Shown here: positions 54,701 to 64,000 of the stretch, one piece after another | Numbering within the stretch: position 1 is the stretch's first letter | How the letters are laid out: each line of letters begins with the position of its first letter | Sequence record: SRR33789315_29 | Direction: 5' to 3' (one strand) | DNA length: 64,000 bases | Made by a program: the position numbers and the translations under genes | The notes under the pieces: model-generated | What the model saw: the letters and a program-made list of their open reading frames with translations, nothing else | The model's database searches: none | What the model was told of the DNA's origin: nothing

Positions 54701-56914
54701 TCACTCCGACAATTCACGTACCTGCACCGCCAAACGATTCAACACCGTGGCAGCCGCGTTAACCTCCTCTTCTACTAATTCATATTGACGCTCTTCGATG
54801 GCTTCGCGAACGCCAGGCAAAGTCTTGACGCCATAGCCGGTGTAGAAACCCGGCGCATAGATGTGATGGGTGAACCAAGGACGCCCCGGTAGACCATCCA
54901 CATCGATTAGTGCACGCTCAGAGGTGTAGAGTAGTTGATTGTCTGCTGCGGAGGCTGGCATGCCTGTACTTGCTACCTTCGCATAATCTGCAGCGGCGTC
55001 TTGCAATGCTGCCATCGCATTGTGTAATGGCGCGAAATTGAAGTAAGGCACTTCTGACTTAGGTTGAGGCGCTTTAATCGAGGCCGTCGGGTCTAGCGCC
55101 AACTCGTAGACGCCTGACGCGATGCGGGCATTTTCCGCATCGGTTTGCTTGCGCATGTCTTCAGCCAATTTCTCGACCTCACCAAGATACATATTCACGT
55201 TGTCTGCGAATCCAGTGAACTCGAAAGGTAGTCGTGGCGCATAAGCTAGCCGCAAAGTTGCACGACCTGCAACTTGAGATAAGGACACACCATAGACCAA
55301 GCCGGGATCTTTGAACCGAGTGAAGTGCTCGTAGGTGTCATACATGGTGTGATAGCTGCCATCACTGCCTTCGCCACCGAAGCCGATATTCAAAGAAGCA
55401 ATGCCTAAGTGTTGTAAGAATGGTGAGTAGTCCGAGCCAGAGCCCAGCGGCGATATACGCAGATCGGTGCGCGACTTAAGTTCGCTACGCGTCTGCTCAC
55501 TACCCTCCACCTCCATACGGGCTCGACGGCGCTGCGCAACAGAGACTCCGGTTTGCGGATCCGTCACATCGCGCATCACTTCATTGGCCATCTTCTCTAG
55601 CACATGGCTCCCGCCAATATTGACGAAACCTCGGCTATTACCGTCGGTATTAATGTAGGCAACTGCGCGCTCGGAGAGCATCTCCGCATTGTCTTCCACC
55701 CATTCGGTTGAGCCGATCAAGCCTTCCTCTTCTGCATCCCATGCTGCATAGACCACTGTGCGCTTTGGGCCTTTGCCTGCCGCTGCCAGTGCGCCTAGGG
55801 CTTTAGCCTCACCCATCAAGGACACTAGACCCGATAGAGGATCGGCTGCGCCATGGTTCCAACCGTCATGATGATTGCCTCGAATGACCCATTGCTCTGG
55901 AAACTCAGATCCTTCAAGTTTGGCGATGACATTATAGGCCGTCACCATGTCCCAGTTAAATTCGAGCTTCATGCGCACTCGCGCTGGGCCAGGCCCCATG
56001 TGATAAGTAATCGGCAAACCACCACGCCATTGCTCGGGGACTACCTCACCGCCCATGGCTGACAATAATGGGAGAGCATCGCGATACGAGATTGGCAGCA
56101 CTGGAATCTTGGTGATGGTGGGCGCGTCTTCACGAGCCAAGCGAGGAGCTTCTGAGGTCGCCCCAATGAATGGGGTAAGCACGTCGCCGGGATACGTCGG
56201 CATGTCCATGACGGAGCCGCGCTGCACACCACTCTCGTGCTTATAAGGGCCATCTGGGTAAGTATCACCAGCGCCGTAGCCGTCGTCGGCTGGGTCGGAG
56301 TAGATTAGTGTGCCTATCGCGCCCTTCTCTGCCGCAAGCTTTGGTTTAATGCCGCGCCATGAGCCGCCATAGCGGGAGATGGCGATTTTGCCTTCCACCG
56401 AGATTCCATATCGCTCCAGCACCTCATAATCAGCAGGGGTACCGTAATTAACGAACACTAACTCCCCTTCGACTTCTCCGTCGATAGAGTACGCATTATA
56501 AGGAGGAAGCAAATCCTCGATATTCGAAGTGCTGGGGTCCTCTTCTAGGGAATCCTCAAAAAGGCCTGCCGTATAGTGCCCGGGTGACACTAATTCAAGC
56601 TCTCTTGTGCGCGGACTCGGAAACAACACTTCGTATTCCACAATCTCGGTGTCATAGCCCCAGTCTCGAAAATGCTCCGCTATAAATTCCACCACCTCTC
56701 GGCCTCGTGCAGAACCAACATGATGAGGCGTGCGCGACATTTCACGCAGCCAGGCATCGAGGTCGCCTGCATTGAGATGGCTATCGAATTCTTCCTCTAA
56801 GGCGTGCTGCGAAGCAGCACCAGCGGAATCGAAGCCAAGCAAGGGGGTCTGAGCATTAGTCGGGAGAGAAGCCAGTAAAAGCAGGCTGATGAACGGTGCA
56901 TGGAATGCGCGCAT
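54701..56914 (-). CDS. M28 family glutamate carboxypeptidase II-like peptidase (PA and TfR-dimer domains)
   Basis: PHHVGS, VNYG, YSDPADD, VQRGS, GNHHDGW, DPLSG, WDAEEEGLIGSTEW, GSGSDY, YH. Confidence 0.92.
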   Translation of the reverse strand: MRAFHAPFISLLLLASLPTNAQTPLLGFDSAGAASQHALEEEFDSHLNAGDLDAWLREMSRTPHHVGSARGREVVEFIAEHFRDWGYDTEIVEYEVLFPSPRTRELELVSPGHYTAGLFEDSLEEDPSTSNIEDLLPPYNAYSIDGEVEGELVFVNYGTPADYEVLERYGISVEGKIAISRYGGSWRGIKPKLAAEKGAIGTLIYSDPADDGYGAGDTYPDGPYKHESGVQRGSVMDMPTYPGDVLTPFIGATSEAPRLAREDAPTITKIPVLPISYRDALPLLSAMGGEVVPEQWRGGLPITYHMGPGPARVRMKLEFNWDMVTAYNVIAKLEGSEFPEQWVIRGNHHDGWNHGAADPLSGLVSLMGEAKALGALAAAGKGPKRTVVYAAWDAEEEGLIGSTEWVEDNAEMLSERAVAYINTDGNSRGFVNIGGSHVLEKMANEVMRDVTDPQTGVSVAQRRRARMEVEGSEQTRSELKSRTDLRISPLGSGSDYSPFLQHLGIASLNIGFGGEGSDGSYHTMYDTYEHFTRFKDPGLVYGVSLSQVAGRATLRLAYAPRLPFEFTGFADNVNMYLGEVEKLAEDMRKQTDAENARIASGVYELALDPTASIKAPQPKSEVPYFNFAPLHNAMAALQDAAADYAKVASTGMPASAADNQLLYTSERALIDVDGLPGRPWFTHHIYAPGFYTGYGVKTLPGVREAIEERQYELVEEEVNAAATVLNRLAVQVRELSE

Positions 56915-57319
56915 ATTGAAGACTCCTAGGCAATTTAGCCTGAAGAGTAGCATATGCTCGCAGTAGATAAAGCCACTAAGTCTTCAAGGTTTTATGGCAT
57001 CGGCGCTGAAGTAACGCTGCATATGAAGCTGTTCTAGGGTTAGGTTATGCAGTAGCCTTGCCCGACCCTGGCTATTCACATAGTCTAAGAAAGGGCTAGT
57101 GATGATCGACAAGCTTTTGCTCTTCAAGCGCGCAAGCTGCGATGGCGGTTACCACCCCTTTGGCACATCAAAGTCTATCAATCACAGCCTATATTGCCGT
57201 AACCTTCCTTTTTAACCTGTTAGTCGGCATCCCATTCTTCGTTTCACTTATCGCGCTACTCTCAACTTAAATACTATAATCCCGAATTCCACAAACACGA
57301 CCTCTAGGAGGGGTAAAGC

Positions 57320-57802
57320 ATGAAGGCTAGCTTGATCGAGATAATCATGGGATCGCAATCAGATTGGGAAGTGATGCAAGAGGCGACCCTTGTATTGGAA
57401 TCTCTTTCGCTCCCTTACCAAGCTCGAGTTGTCTCGGCTCACCGCACCCCCGCACGCATGTTTGAGTTTGCGTCCAAAGCGTCTACCAATGGCACTAAGA
57501 TCATTATCGCCGGAGCGGGCGGGGCTGCACACTTGCCTGGCATGGTAGCAGCTCTTACGCACTTGCCTGTGATCGCTGTACCCGTGCCGAGCAAACACTT
57601 GAAAGGCATCGACAGCCTACTATCGATTGCACAAATGCCCCGAGGTGTTGCCGTAGCGACACAGGCCATTGGGGCTGCAGGCGCCTTCAATGCTGGCTTA
57701 CTTGCCGCCCAGATACTTTCACTCGAAGACCCTGAACTGCGAGCGCGCCTTATCGCATGGCGCAGTAAGCAAACCGATAGTGTTGCGGAGGAGATAGCCT
57801 AA
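57320..57802 (+). CDS. purE: N5-carboxyaminoimidazole ribonucleotide mutase
   Basis: [44 protein letters not shown]. Confidence 0.96.
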   Translation: MKASLIEIIMGSQSDWEVMQEATLVLESLSLPYQARVVSAHRTPARMFEFASKASTNGTKIIIAGAGGAAHLPGMVAALTHLPVIAVPVPSKHLKGIDSLLSIAQMPRGVAVATQAIGAAGAFNAGLLAAQILSLEDPELRARLIAWRSKQTDSVAEEIA

Positions 57803-58902
57803 TGCGAGTCGCGATCTTTGGCTGCGGCCAATTAGCAAGAATGTTGGCACTCGCCGGCTGGCCAATGGGCATACGTTTTAGCTTTGTGGCTGAGGCTAAA
57901 GAGGATACGCGTTGCGTCGATGGGCTAGGAGCAGTGGTGCGACTTCAGGAGTCTCAAACCGCACAGCAATTGTTTCAGCAACTAGGTGAACCCGAGGTAA
58001 TAGCAGTAGAGAAGGAGGCAGTCGATACTGCACTTCTTAAGGAGTTGAGCAGTTTCTGCACTGTCGCACCTAAACCAGAGATACTTTGGGTAGTGCAACA
58101 TCGAGGACGCCAGAAAAAATTCCTTTCGCAGCATGACATTCCCACCGCCCCCTATGTTGAAATCCAGCACAAACAAGCACTAGTGCAGGCCGCACAGACG
58201 CTGGGCTACCCATTGATCATCAAGTCTTGCGAGGAAGGCTATGACGGACAACAGCAATGGCGCCTTCACAATGATGCGCAGATGCGAGCGTTTGTAGAGA
58301 GTCCAACGCAACTCCAGGAAGCGGTTGTCGAGAAGATGATCGACTTCACTATGGAGGTGTCAGTTATAGCGGTGCGCAATACCAAAGGAGAAATCGTAGT
58401 CTATGATCCCAGCGAAAATAGACACACCAATGGCACCTTAGCAGTTTCGATTGCCCCGACCTCATCCCTCAACTCATCTCAATTGGATCAATTACAATGC
58501 ATCGTCGACACGCTCATGACAGCGTGGGACTACGTTGGCGTACTCGCCATTGAGTGCTTTGTGGTAGACGGGAAGATTACCGTGAATGAGCTCGCTCCAC
58601 GCGTCCACAATAGCGGGCATTGGACTCAAGATGGCGCTGTATGCAGTCAGTTTGAGAATCACATTCGGGCCATTTGCGGCCTCACTTTAGGCTCAACGGC
58701 GATTCTAGGGCATAGCGCCATGATTAATTTACTAGGCTGTGAGGCACCCGATGAGCTGGCTTACCAGCCTAATGCGCACCTACATTGGTATAACAAAACG
58801 CTTCGAAAGGGCCGGAAAATGGGGCATGTGAATTTATTGCATCAAACACACACAGCCCTACAGGAGGAATTAGGTCTAGCGCTAAGAATACTGCACGGAT
58901 AA
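57802..58902 (+). CDS. purK: N5-carboxyaminoimidazole ribonucleotide synthase
   Basis: GCGQLARM, GYDG, NELAPRVHNSGHWT, SQFENHIRA, RKMGHVN; TAATG overlap with purE. Confidence 0.95.
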   Translation: MRVAIFGCGQLARMLALAGWPMGIRFSFVAEAKEDTRCVDGLGAVVRLQESQTAQQLFQQLGEPEVIAVEKEAVDTALLKELSSFCTVAPKPEILWVVQHRGRQKKFLSQHDIPTAPYVEIQHKQALVQAAQTLGYPLIIKSCEEGYDGQQQWRLHNDAQMRAFVESPTQLQEAVVEKMIDFTMEVSVIAVRNTKGEIVVYDPSENRHTNGTLAVSIAPTSSLNSSQLDQLQCIVDTLMTAWDYVGVLAIECFVVDGKITVNELAPRVHNSGHWTQDGAVCSQFENHIRAICGLTLGSTAILGHSAMINLLGCEAPDELAYQPNAHLHWYNKTLRKGRKMGHVNLLHQTHTALQEELGLALRILHG

Positions 58903-58942
58903 GAGTTTCTCGAAAACCTATTGCAAACCCATTTAATCTAAT

Positions 58943-58957
58943 TGATAATCGTTCTCA
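58943..58957 (+). promoter_or_regulatory. Fur box
   Basis: TGATAATCGTTCTCA resembles the 7-1-7 Fur consensus TGATAATnATTATCA; 37 bp before a siderophore-receptor-type gene. Confidence 0.7.
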
Positions 58958-58994
58958 CTTAGATTCCCATGGACTTTTGCAATAGGATATTCCA

Positions 58995-61169
58995 ATGAAA
59001 CAGCTATTCACTCTGCCTCTAGCTCAACCAGCGAAACCACTTTCCAATCGCTTCCGTCAGTCGACACTTGCCTTTGCCATCGCCTCGACTTTTGTCACTG
59101 GCGCACATGCGCAGCAAGACTCAGACGACGCGCAAGTGATTGATGTGTACGGGCAACAAGTCTCTGCGGAACCAGCGTCTATGCGTTTTCGTCGCTCACT
59201 ATTGGATACCGCGCAGACTGTGACTGTCATTCCCGAGAACCTGATTGAAGACCGCTCGGCCAGCACACTGCGGGACGTATTGCGCAATGTGTCGGGTATT
59301 AGCATGCAAGCGGGTGAAGGGGGCACACCCGCTGGTGACCAATTGACGATTCGCGGTTATAGCGCTCGCACCGACATCTTCGTAGACAATGTTCGAGACT
59401 TTGGTGGCTATACAAGAGACCCGTTTAACCTAGAGCAAGTGGAAGTCGTTAAAGGCCCCTCCTCCGACTACTCGGGCCGCGGCTCCACAGGCGGCTCTAT
59501 TAATATGGTGAGCAAGTCTGCGCGTCTTGAAGACAACACAAGCACTTCGCTTTCACTTGGTTCCGACAGCTATACGCGCGCAACCCTCGATGTAAACCGC
59601 GATATCGAGGCGCTCGACAATACTGCCGCCCGCCTGAATATTCTCTACCACGATCAAGACGTACCGGGCCGTGATGTGGTCTCAAACAAACGGTGGGGCG
59701 TGGCACCTTCTATTACCTTCGGTATCGATACAGACAGCGAAGTAACCCTAAGTCTATTCCATATGGAACAAGACAATATTCCCGACTACGGTATTCCTTG
59801 GGTGCCTGAATCTAATGTGCCTTTGGCTGATTACGCCAATGAAGCGCCTCCTGTCGATTTCAAGAATTGGTATGGCTTGAAATCACGCGACTTCGAAGAA
59901 ATCGCCACATCGATGGCGACTGTTCAATTCGAACGCACACTCACAGAAACGAGCCGCTTTCAGAATATTACGCGCTGGGGAACAACCGAGCGGGACTCGA
60001 TGATTACTGCGCCGCGTTTCATTAGTAACGATAGCACTGATATTCGCCGCAGCGACGAAAAATACCGTGACCAGAGCGATGACATACTGAGCAACCAGAG
60101 CAATTTGAGCATTACTCTCAATCCGGGACAGAACTGGGAACACCGCATACTGATTGGTGCGGAGATTTCACTGGAGGACGAGAAACGCTATATCCAAGCA
60201 CTCACTGGCGTCGACTCTCCAGCGACAGATTTATTTGACCCCACTCCAAACGATCCCTATTTGGAAAACTACCAGCGCACCGGGACCGCTAGCAATGCCG
60301 AGTCAAACTCTTTGGCCTTCTACGCGTCAGACTCCATCGAGATTAACGAGCACTGGCAAATCAATGGCGGCCTTCGCTGGGATTCATTTGATCTCGAATA
60401 CGCACCCGATGGAGAGCCAATTCTCGAGCGCACTGACAAGATGCTGAGCTACCGTGCTGGAGTTGTCTATAAACCGGTTCGAACAGGCAGCTTTTATCTT
60501 GGCTATGGCACATCCTTCAACCCCACTGCTGAGGCGCTCTCTATCAGCACCAGCTCTAGGCAACCTGGCATTGCCGACTTAGACCCTGAAGAGAATCGCA
60601 CTTTAGAGCTGGGGACTAAATGGCAAATCATGGATCGCAGTATGTTCGTCACCGCAGCCCTTTTCCGCACGGAAAAAACCAATGCCAGGACACAAGATCC
60701 AAGCGATCCCAATGATCTTCTAGTGTTGAAAGGCGAGCAATTAGTGCAAGGGGTAGAACTTGGTTTAGCAGGTAATATTACTGAGAAACTAAGTGCATTT
60801 GCCGGTTATACCTATCTCGAAACTGAGATAACCAAGAGCTTGGATGCAACGCAGATCGGCAAGGCGCTCGATAATTCTCCCGAGCATACCTTTAACTTAT
60901 GGAGCACCTATGCGCTTTCTCCGAGCATCGAGTTTGGTCTTGGAGCTCAGTTTGTGGACGAGCGGTTCAATAATACTTCCAATGCTAGAAGCGCACCGTC
61001 GTACTGGGTGTATGAAGCCTCAGCGTCTTACGCAGTGAACGATCAATTGGGTTTCCGTTTGAACATACAGAACTTAACGGACGAGAAGTACATTGACTTC
61101 GTAGGGGGTGGGCACTTCATTCCTGGACTAGGTCGCGTCGTCCTGCTCAGTTCCAACTTTACTTTCTAG
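58995..61169 (+). CDS. TonB-dependent siderophore receptor, Fiu/PiuA-like
   Basis: [44 protein letters not shown], terminal F; followed by a piuC-like gene. Confidence 0.92.
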   Translation: MKQLFTLPLAQPAKPLSNRFRQSTLAFAIASTFVTGAHAQQDSDDAQVIDVYGQQVSAEPASMRFRRSLLDTAQTVTVIPENLIEDRSASTLRDVLRNVSGISMQAGEGGTPAGDQLTIRGYSARTDIFVDNVRDFGGYTRDPFNLEQVEVVKGPSSDYSGRGSTGGSINMVSKSARLEDNTSTSLSLGSDSYTRATLDVNRDIEALDNTAARLNILYHDQDVPGRDVVSNKRWGVAPSITFGIDTDSEVTLSLFHMEQDNIPDYGIPWVPESNVPLADYANEAPPVDFKNWYGLKSRDFEEIATSMATVQFERTLTETSRFQNITRWGTTERDSMITAPRFISNDSTDIRRSDEKYRDQSDDILSNQSNLSITLNPGQNWEHRILIGAEISLEDEKRYIQALTGVDSPATDLFDPTPNDPYLENYQRTGTASNAESNSLAFYASDSIEINEHWQINGGLRWDSFDLEYAPDGEPILERTDKMLSYRAGVVYKPVRTGSFYLGYGTSFNPTAEALSISTSSRQPGIADLDPEENRTLELGTKWQIMDRSMFVTAALFRTEKTNARTQDPSDPNDLLVLKGEQLVQGVELGLAGNITEKLSAFAGYTYLETEITKSLDATQIGKALDNSPEHTFNLWSTYALSPSIEFGLGAQFVDERFNNTSNARSAPSYWVYEASASYAVNDQLGFRLNIQNLTDEKYIDFVGGGHFIPGLGRVVLLSSNFTF

Positions 61170-61177
61170 GATTCGCT

Positions 61178-61858
61178 ATGCTGCTCGAGATACACGAAGT
61201 TCTAAAACCTGCGCAAGTAAAAGCGATGCGAGAAGAATTGCTCGGGGGCCAATGGGTGGACGGTAAACTCACTGCCGGCCATCAATCCGCACTCGCCAAG
61301 AAGAATCGGCAATTGCCGGAGAACTCGCAGGTCGCGCAGCAGTGCGGTAAGACAATTCTAAACGCATTGCAGGGTAGCGGACTTTTTATGTCCGCTGCCC
61401 TGCCCCAGCGCGTGTTCCCTCCTTTGTTCAATCGCTATGAAGGGGGAGAACACTTTGCCAATCACGTCGACAATGCTATTCGTGGGTTGCCAATGGGCGG
61501 ACAGATTCGCACCGATCTGTCCGCTACCTTGTTTTTGTCTGATCCTCAAGATTACGACGGCGGCGAGTTACTAGTCGATGATACCTATGGCGCTCATAAA
61601 GTGAAGCTGAGTGCGGGTTCATTGATCCTGTATCCTTCCACGAGCCTGCATCGAGTGACACCTGTCACGCGAGGCATGCGCCTCGCCTCTTTCTTCTGGA
61701 TTCAGAGCATGATTCGCGACGATGCTCAGCGTACCTTATTGTTCGATCTGGATATGTCAATCCATCGCCTGCGCCAACAATTAGGGCCGGAGCACGAGGC
61801 CTTGGTGGCACAAACCGGTGTCTACCATAATCTCTTGCGACGTTGGGCGGAGCCATAA
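61178..61858 (+). CDS. piuC: PKHD-type Fe(II)/2-oxoglutarate dioxygenase (PiuC/YbiX)
   Basis: [47 protein letters not shown]. Confidence 0.92.
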   Translation: MLLEIHEVLKPAQVKAMREELLGGQWVDGKLTAGHQSALAKKNRQLPENSQVAQQCGKTILNALQGSGLFMSAALPQRVFPPLFNRYEGGEHFANHVDNAIRGLPMGGQIRTDLSATLFLSDPQDYDGGELLVDDTYGAHKVKLSAGSLILYPSTSLHRVTPVTRGMRLASFFWIQSMIRDDAQRTLLFDLDMSIHRLRQQLGPEHEALVAQTGVYHNLLRRWAEP

Positions 61859-61860
61859 AA

Positions 61861-61901
61861 AAAGCCAAAGTAACGCTGCTCACACAGGCTACTTTGGCTT
61901 T
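61861..61901. terminator. Bidirectional intrinsic terminator
   Basis: AAAGCCAAAGTA / TACTTTGGCTTT stem with A and T flanks between convergent genes. Confidence 0.7.
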
Positions 61902-61916
61902 GTTTTCTCTGCGATT

Positions 61917-63107
61917 TTAGCGTGCAGAATATTTAGTGAATGCCCCGCCTGCTTGGCTAAGTGAGTTCGGGCCTTCTGCGGCAAACACATTGCCATTGCC
62001 ATCCACTGCAACTCCCTCGCCAGCTGTACCCTGCGCCAGTCTGTCTTCGCGCTCGAAGGGTTGAATGAATCCAGTTACGACGTCTTCATCGATATGTCCG
62101 ATGCGTACGCCATTGCGCCAGCCTGGGTGGCTAGTGGGACTGGACTCCGAATCGATGGCGTAGATCATATCGTCGTCTGTGATAAACAGACCGCTGATTC
62201 GGCTGAAGCTATAGCGCGATTCGAGGTAGTTACCATCTTGATCGAAGATCTCGATACGATGATTACCTCGGTCAGCTACCCAAAGGCGGCCTTGAGAATC
62301 AAACTCCATCGCGTGAGGCGTACGGAATTCGCCGTGGCGCACTCCAATCTGCCCCCACTGCTTGATGAAGGTACCGTCAGGTGCAAATTTCAGGATACGC
62401 GAAGTTTCGCCATTGGCGCGCCCCTCTTCCATCGCCTGCATGCTGATCATGCCTTGCGCATTGTGGCCATCTGACACATAGATGCTGCCATCAGGGCCGG
62501 TAATTACGTCATTGGGCTGATTGAAGTGCGCGGAATCATTGCCGGGCTGTCCAGCAACGCCGAGACTCATCAACAATTCGCCGTCTGGGCTGAATTTGTG
62601 CACCTGGTGGCCTTTAGTACCTTCAGGATTGACGGCAAAGTCCGTTACCCAGACGTTGCCCTCGGAATCTACATGGATACCATGAGGTGTGACAAACACA
62701 CCTGCGCCGAAGTTCTTCAGTACAGCACCGGTGTTTGGGTCGAACTTAAAGATTGGGTCAACAGGGTTGGTATCGCAGGTAATTGGTGCTCCAGCGCCAA
62801 AATTGCCGGCACCACAGCGCTCGTAAGCAACGAGCATGCCGTCGGTCGGGTCAATATCGACGCCAGCCGTAGAGCCCCACTCCCTTCCAGCCGGGAGATC
62901 GCCCCAATTGCGCGTCACTACAGGGTAAGGAGTTGGAAAGCCGTCACCGGTAATGACATTGCCTACTACGACGGGTTCATGGCTCATGACTGGTGCTGGC
63001 GCTGGGGCGGCCGCAGAAGCGCTGCCGCTGGTGGTCGTAGGCTCGGTACACGCCGCCAACATAAGTGAGGCACAGAGGGTGGATAACAGAATACGGGATG
63101 CTGACAT
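61917..63107 (-). CDS. NHL-repeat lipoprotein (peptidyl-alpha-hydroxyglycine lyase-like)
   Basis: Lipobox LAAC; PHGIHVD, FNQPNDV, YVSDG, PHAM, VADRGNHRI. Confidence 0.88.
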   Translation of the reverse strand: MSASRILLSTLCASLMLAACTEPTTTSGSASAAAPAPAPVMSHEPVVVGNVITGDGFPTPYPVVTRNWGDLPAGREWGSTAGVDIDPTDGMLVAYERCGAGNFGAGAPITCDTNPVDPIFKFDPNTGAVLKNFGAGVFVTPHGIHVDSEGNVWVTDFAVNPEGTKGHQVHKFSPDGELLMSLGVAGQPGNDSAHFNQPNDVITGPDGSIYVSDGHNAQGMISMQAMEEGRANGETSRILKFAPDGTFIKQWGQIGVRHGEFRTPHAMEFDSQGRLWVADRGNHRIEIFDQDGNYLESRYSFSRISGLFITDDDMIYAIDSESSPTSHPGWRNGVRIGHIDEDVVTGFIQPFEREDRLAQGTAGEGVAVDGNGNVFAAEGPNSLSQAGGAFTKYSAR

Positions 63108-63354
63108 GACTACTCCTTTATTATTTATGTGCTTGGAGGAAAGAAACTTGTTATAGGAGCATAAAATCTATTGAGGCTTAAGTCCACCAATCAAGGACTA
63201 AACCGACTACCTCTGCTCCTCGGTGAACAACCCCTTCTTCGCCCCCCGGATACTCTGAGCATATCCACACCCTAGAATGGGCATTAATACAATGTTAAGA
63301 ATTCAAGCGTAGCGTGGCACTCCAATCACCTCTATTGGAGCGTCAAAGCACACT

Positions 63355-64000
63355 ATGCGTCATGCCCAGCCTCTTATTCGCATTTCCGCACTAGTAACGC
63401 TACTAAGTGCCTTTTGTGCACAAGCCCACGCTCAGTCCGGCGCTGGCTGCGAGCTTGTTACTAGCCCTGCAACGCAAAGTTTCGACTTCACCGAAGATAT
63501 ATCACGCTGGGGCACACAAGACTCATTTGATCTCGATAGCGAGCATTACCATGTACGCAACATCTCGGTGAATCGTCTCCCAATTTTCGATGAAACGAAC
63601 GACAAAGAAAATAATGCCGTGTTTCGCTGGATAAATCGCGTGCATATACCTACGCACCAGAAAGTCATTACCGATCAACTACTATTCAAAGAGGGCAGCG
63701 AAGTTAACTCGCAAATGCTTTCCGAGAATGAGCGATTATTGCGCCAACAGAAATACGCCGCGGATTCTAAAATAAGAATTCTAAATAAATGTGATCAAGA
63801 GGTAGACCTTGAGGTAGTAACGCGGGAAGTCTGGACTTTAGCGCCAGTCTTCTCGTTTCACTCCAGCGGTGGAGACAACTCACTCGACGTTGGCATACGA
63901 GACTCAAACGCATTCGGAACCGGACAACGAGCGTCGGTTTTTTACAGCAGCGACGCCAATCGCAACAGCTATAAACTGTCTTTTGAAAATCCCAACATCG
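63355..64000 (+). CDS. Partial Omp85/BamA-TamA family outer-membrane protein with POTRA domain (runs off the window)
   Basis: Open frame to the end: signal peptide, IFDETNDKENNAVFRWINRVHIPT, QLLFKEG, ENERLLR, VTREVWTL, GIRDSNAFGTG. Confidence 0.8.
   Translation, partial: MRHAQPLIRISALVTLLSAFCAQAHAQSGAGCELVTSPATQSFDFTEDISRWGTQDSFDLDSEHYHVRNISVNRLPIFDETNDKENNAVFRWINRVHIPTHQKVITDQLLFKEGSEVNSQMLSENERLLRQQKYAADSKIRILNKCDQEVDLEVVTREVWTLAPVFSFHSSGGDNSLDVGIRDSNAFGTGQRASVFYSSDANRNSYKLSFENPNI

Noticed and set aside
56954-57319. Purine or ZTP riboswitch upstream of purE
   Set aside because: No recognisable aptamer consensus or terminator hairpin. An Infernal/Rfam scan would settle it.

Overview
Gene-dense bacterial chromosomal region, most likely from a heterotrophic aquatic gammaproteobacterium (inferred from gene content: TonB-dependent receptors, DUF885, M28/M24 peptidases, purE-purK, dusC, piuC). 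There is no rRNA, complete tRNA, CRISPR array, integrase or intact transposase. The left ~29 kb looks like an accreted accessory zone. It holds three degenerate copies of a tRNA 3' end (68-83, 12591-12606, 16412-16427), four copies of an unexplained ~65-89 bp repeat, a frameshifted NhaC-family transporter, and a LysR-controlled DAB inorganic-carbon pump operon (dabB-dabA) tightly packed with a cysD lacking an adjacent cysN and a Cys-rich DUF6671-like gene. The right half carries c-di-GMP/cAMP enzymes, including a pseudo-receiver adenylate cyclase paired with a small CACP-motif protein. It also has a TonB receptor/TPR-sulfotransferase/TPR operon preceded by a sigma-54 promoter and four NtrC-like boxes, a REP-like 27-bp palindrome overlapping the dusC 3' end, a PadR module, purEK and a Fur-boxed piuA/piuC-like pair. 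Two tiny membrane-protein genes 37 kb apart, one an 18-aa ORF absent from the ORF track, share a Crp-type operator in identical class II promoter geometry. All family assignments come from motif recognition by eye, not database searches.
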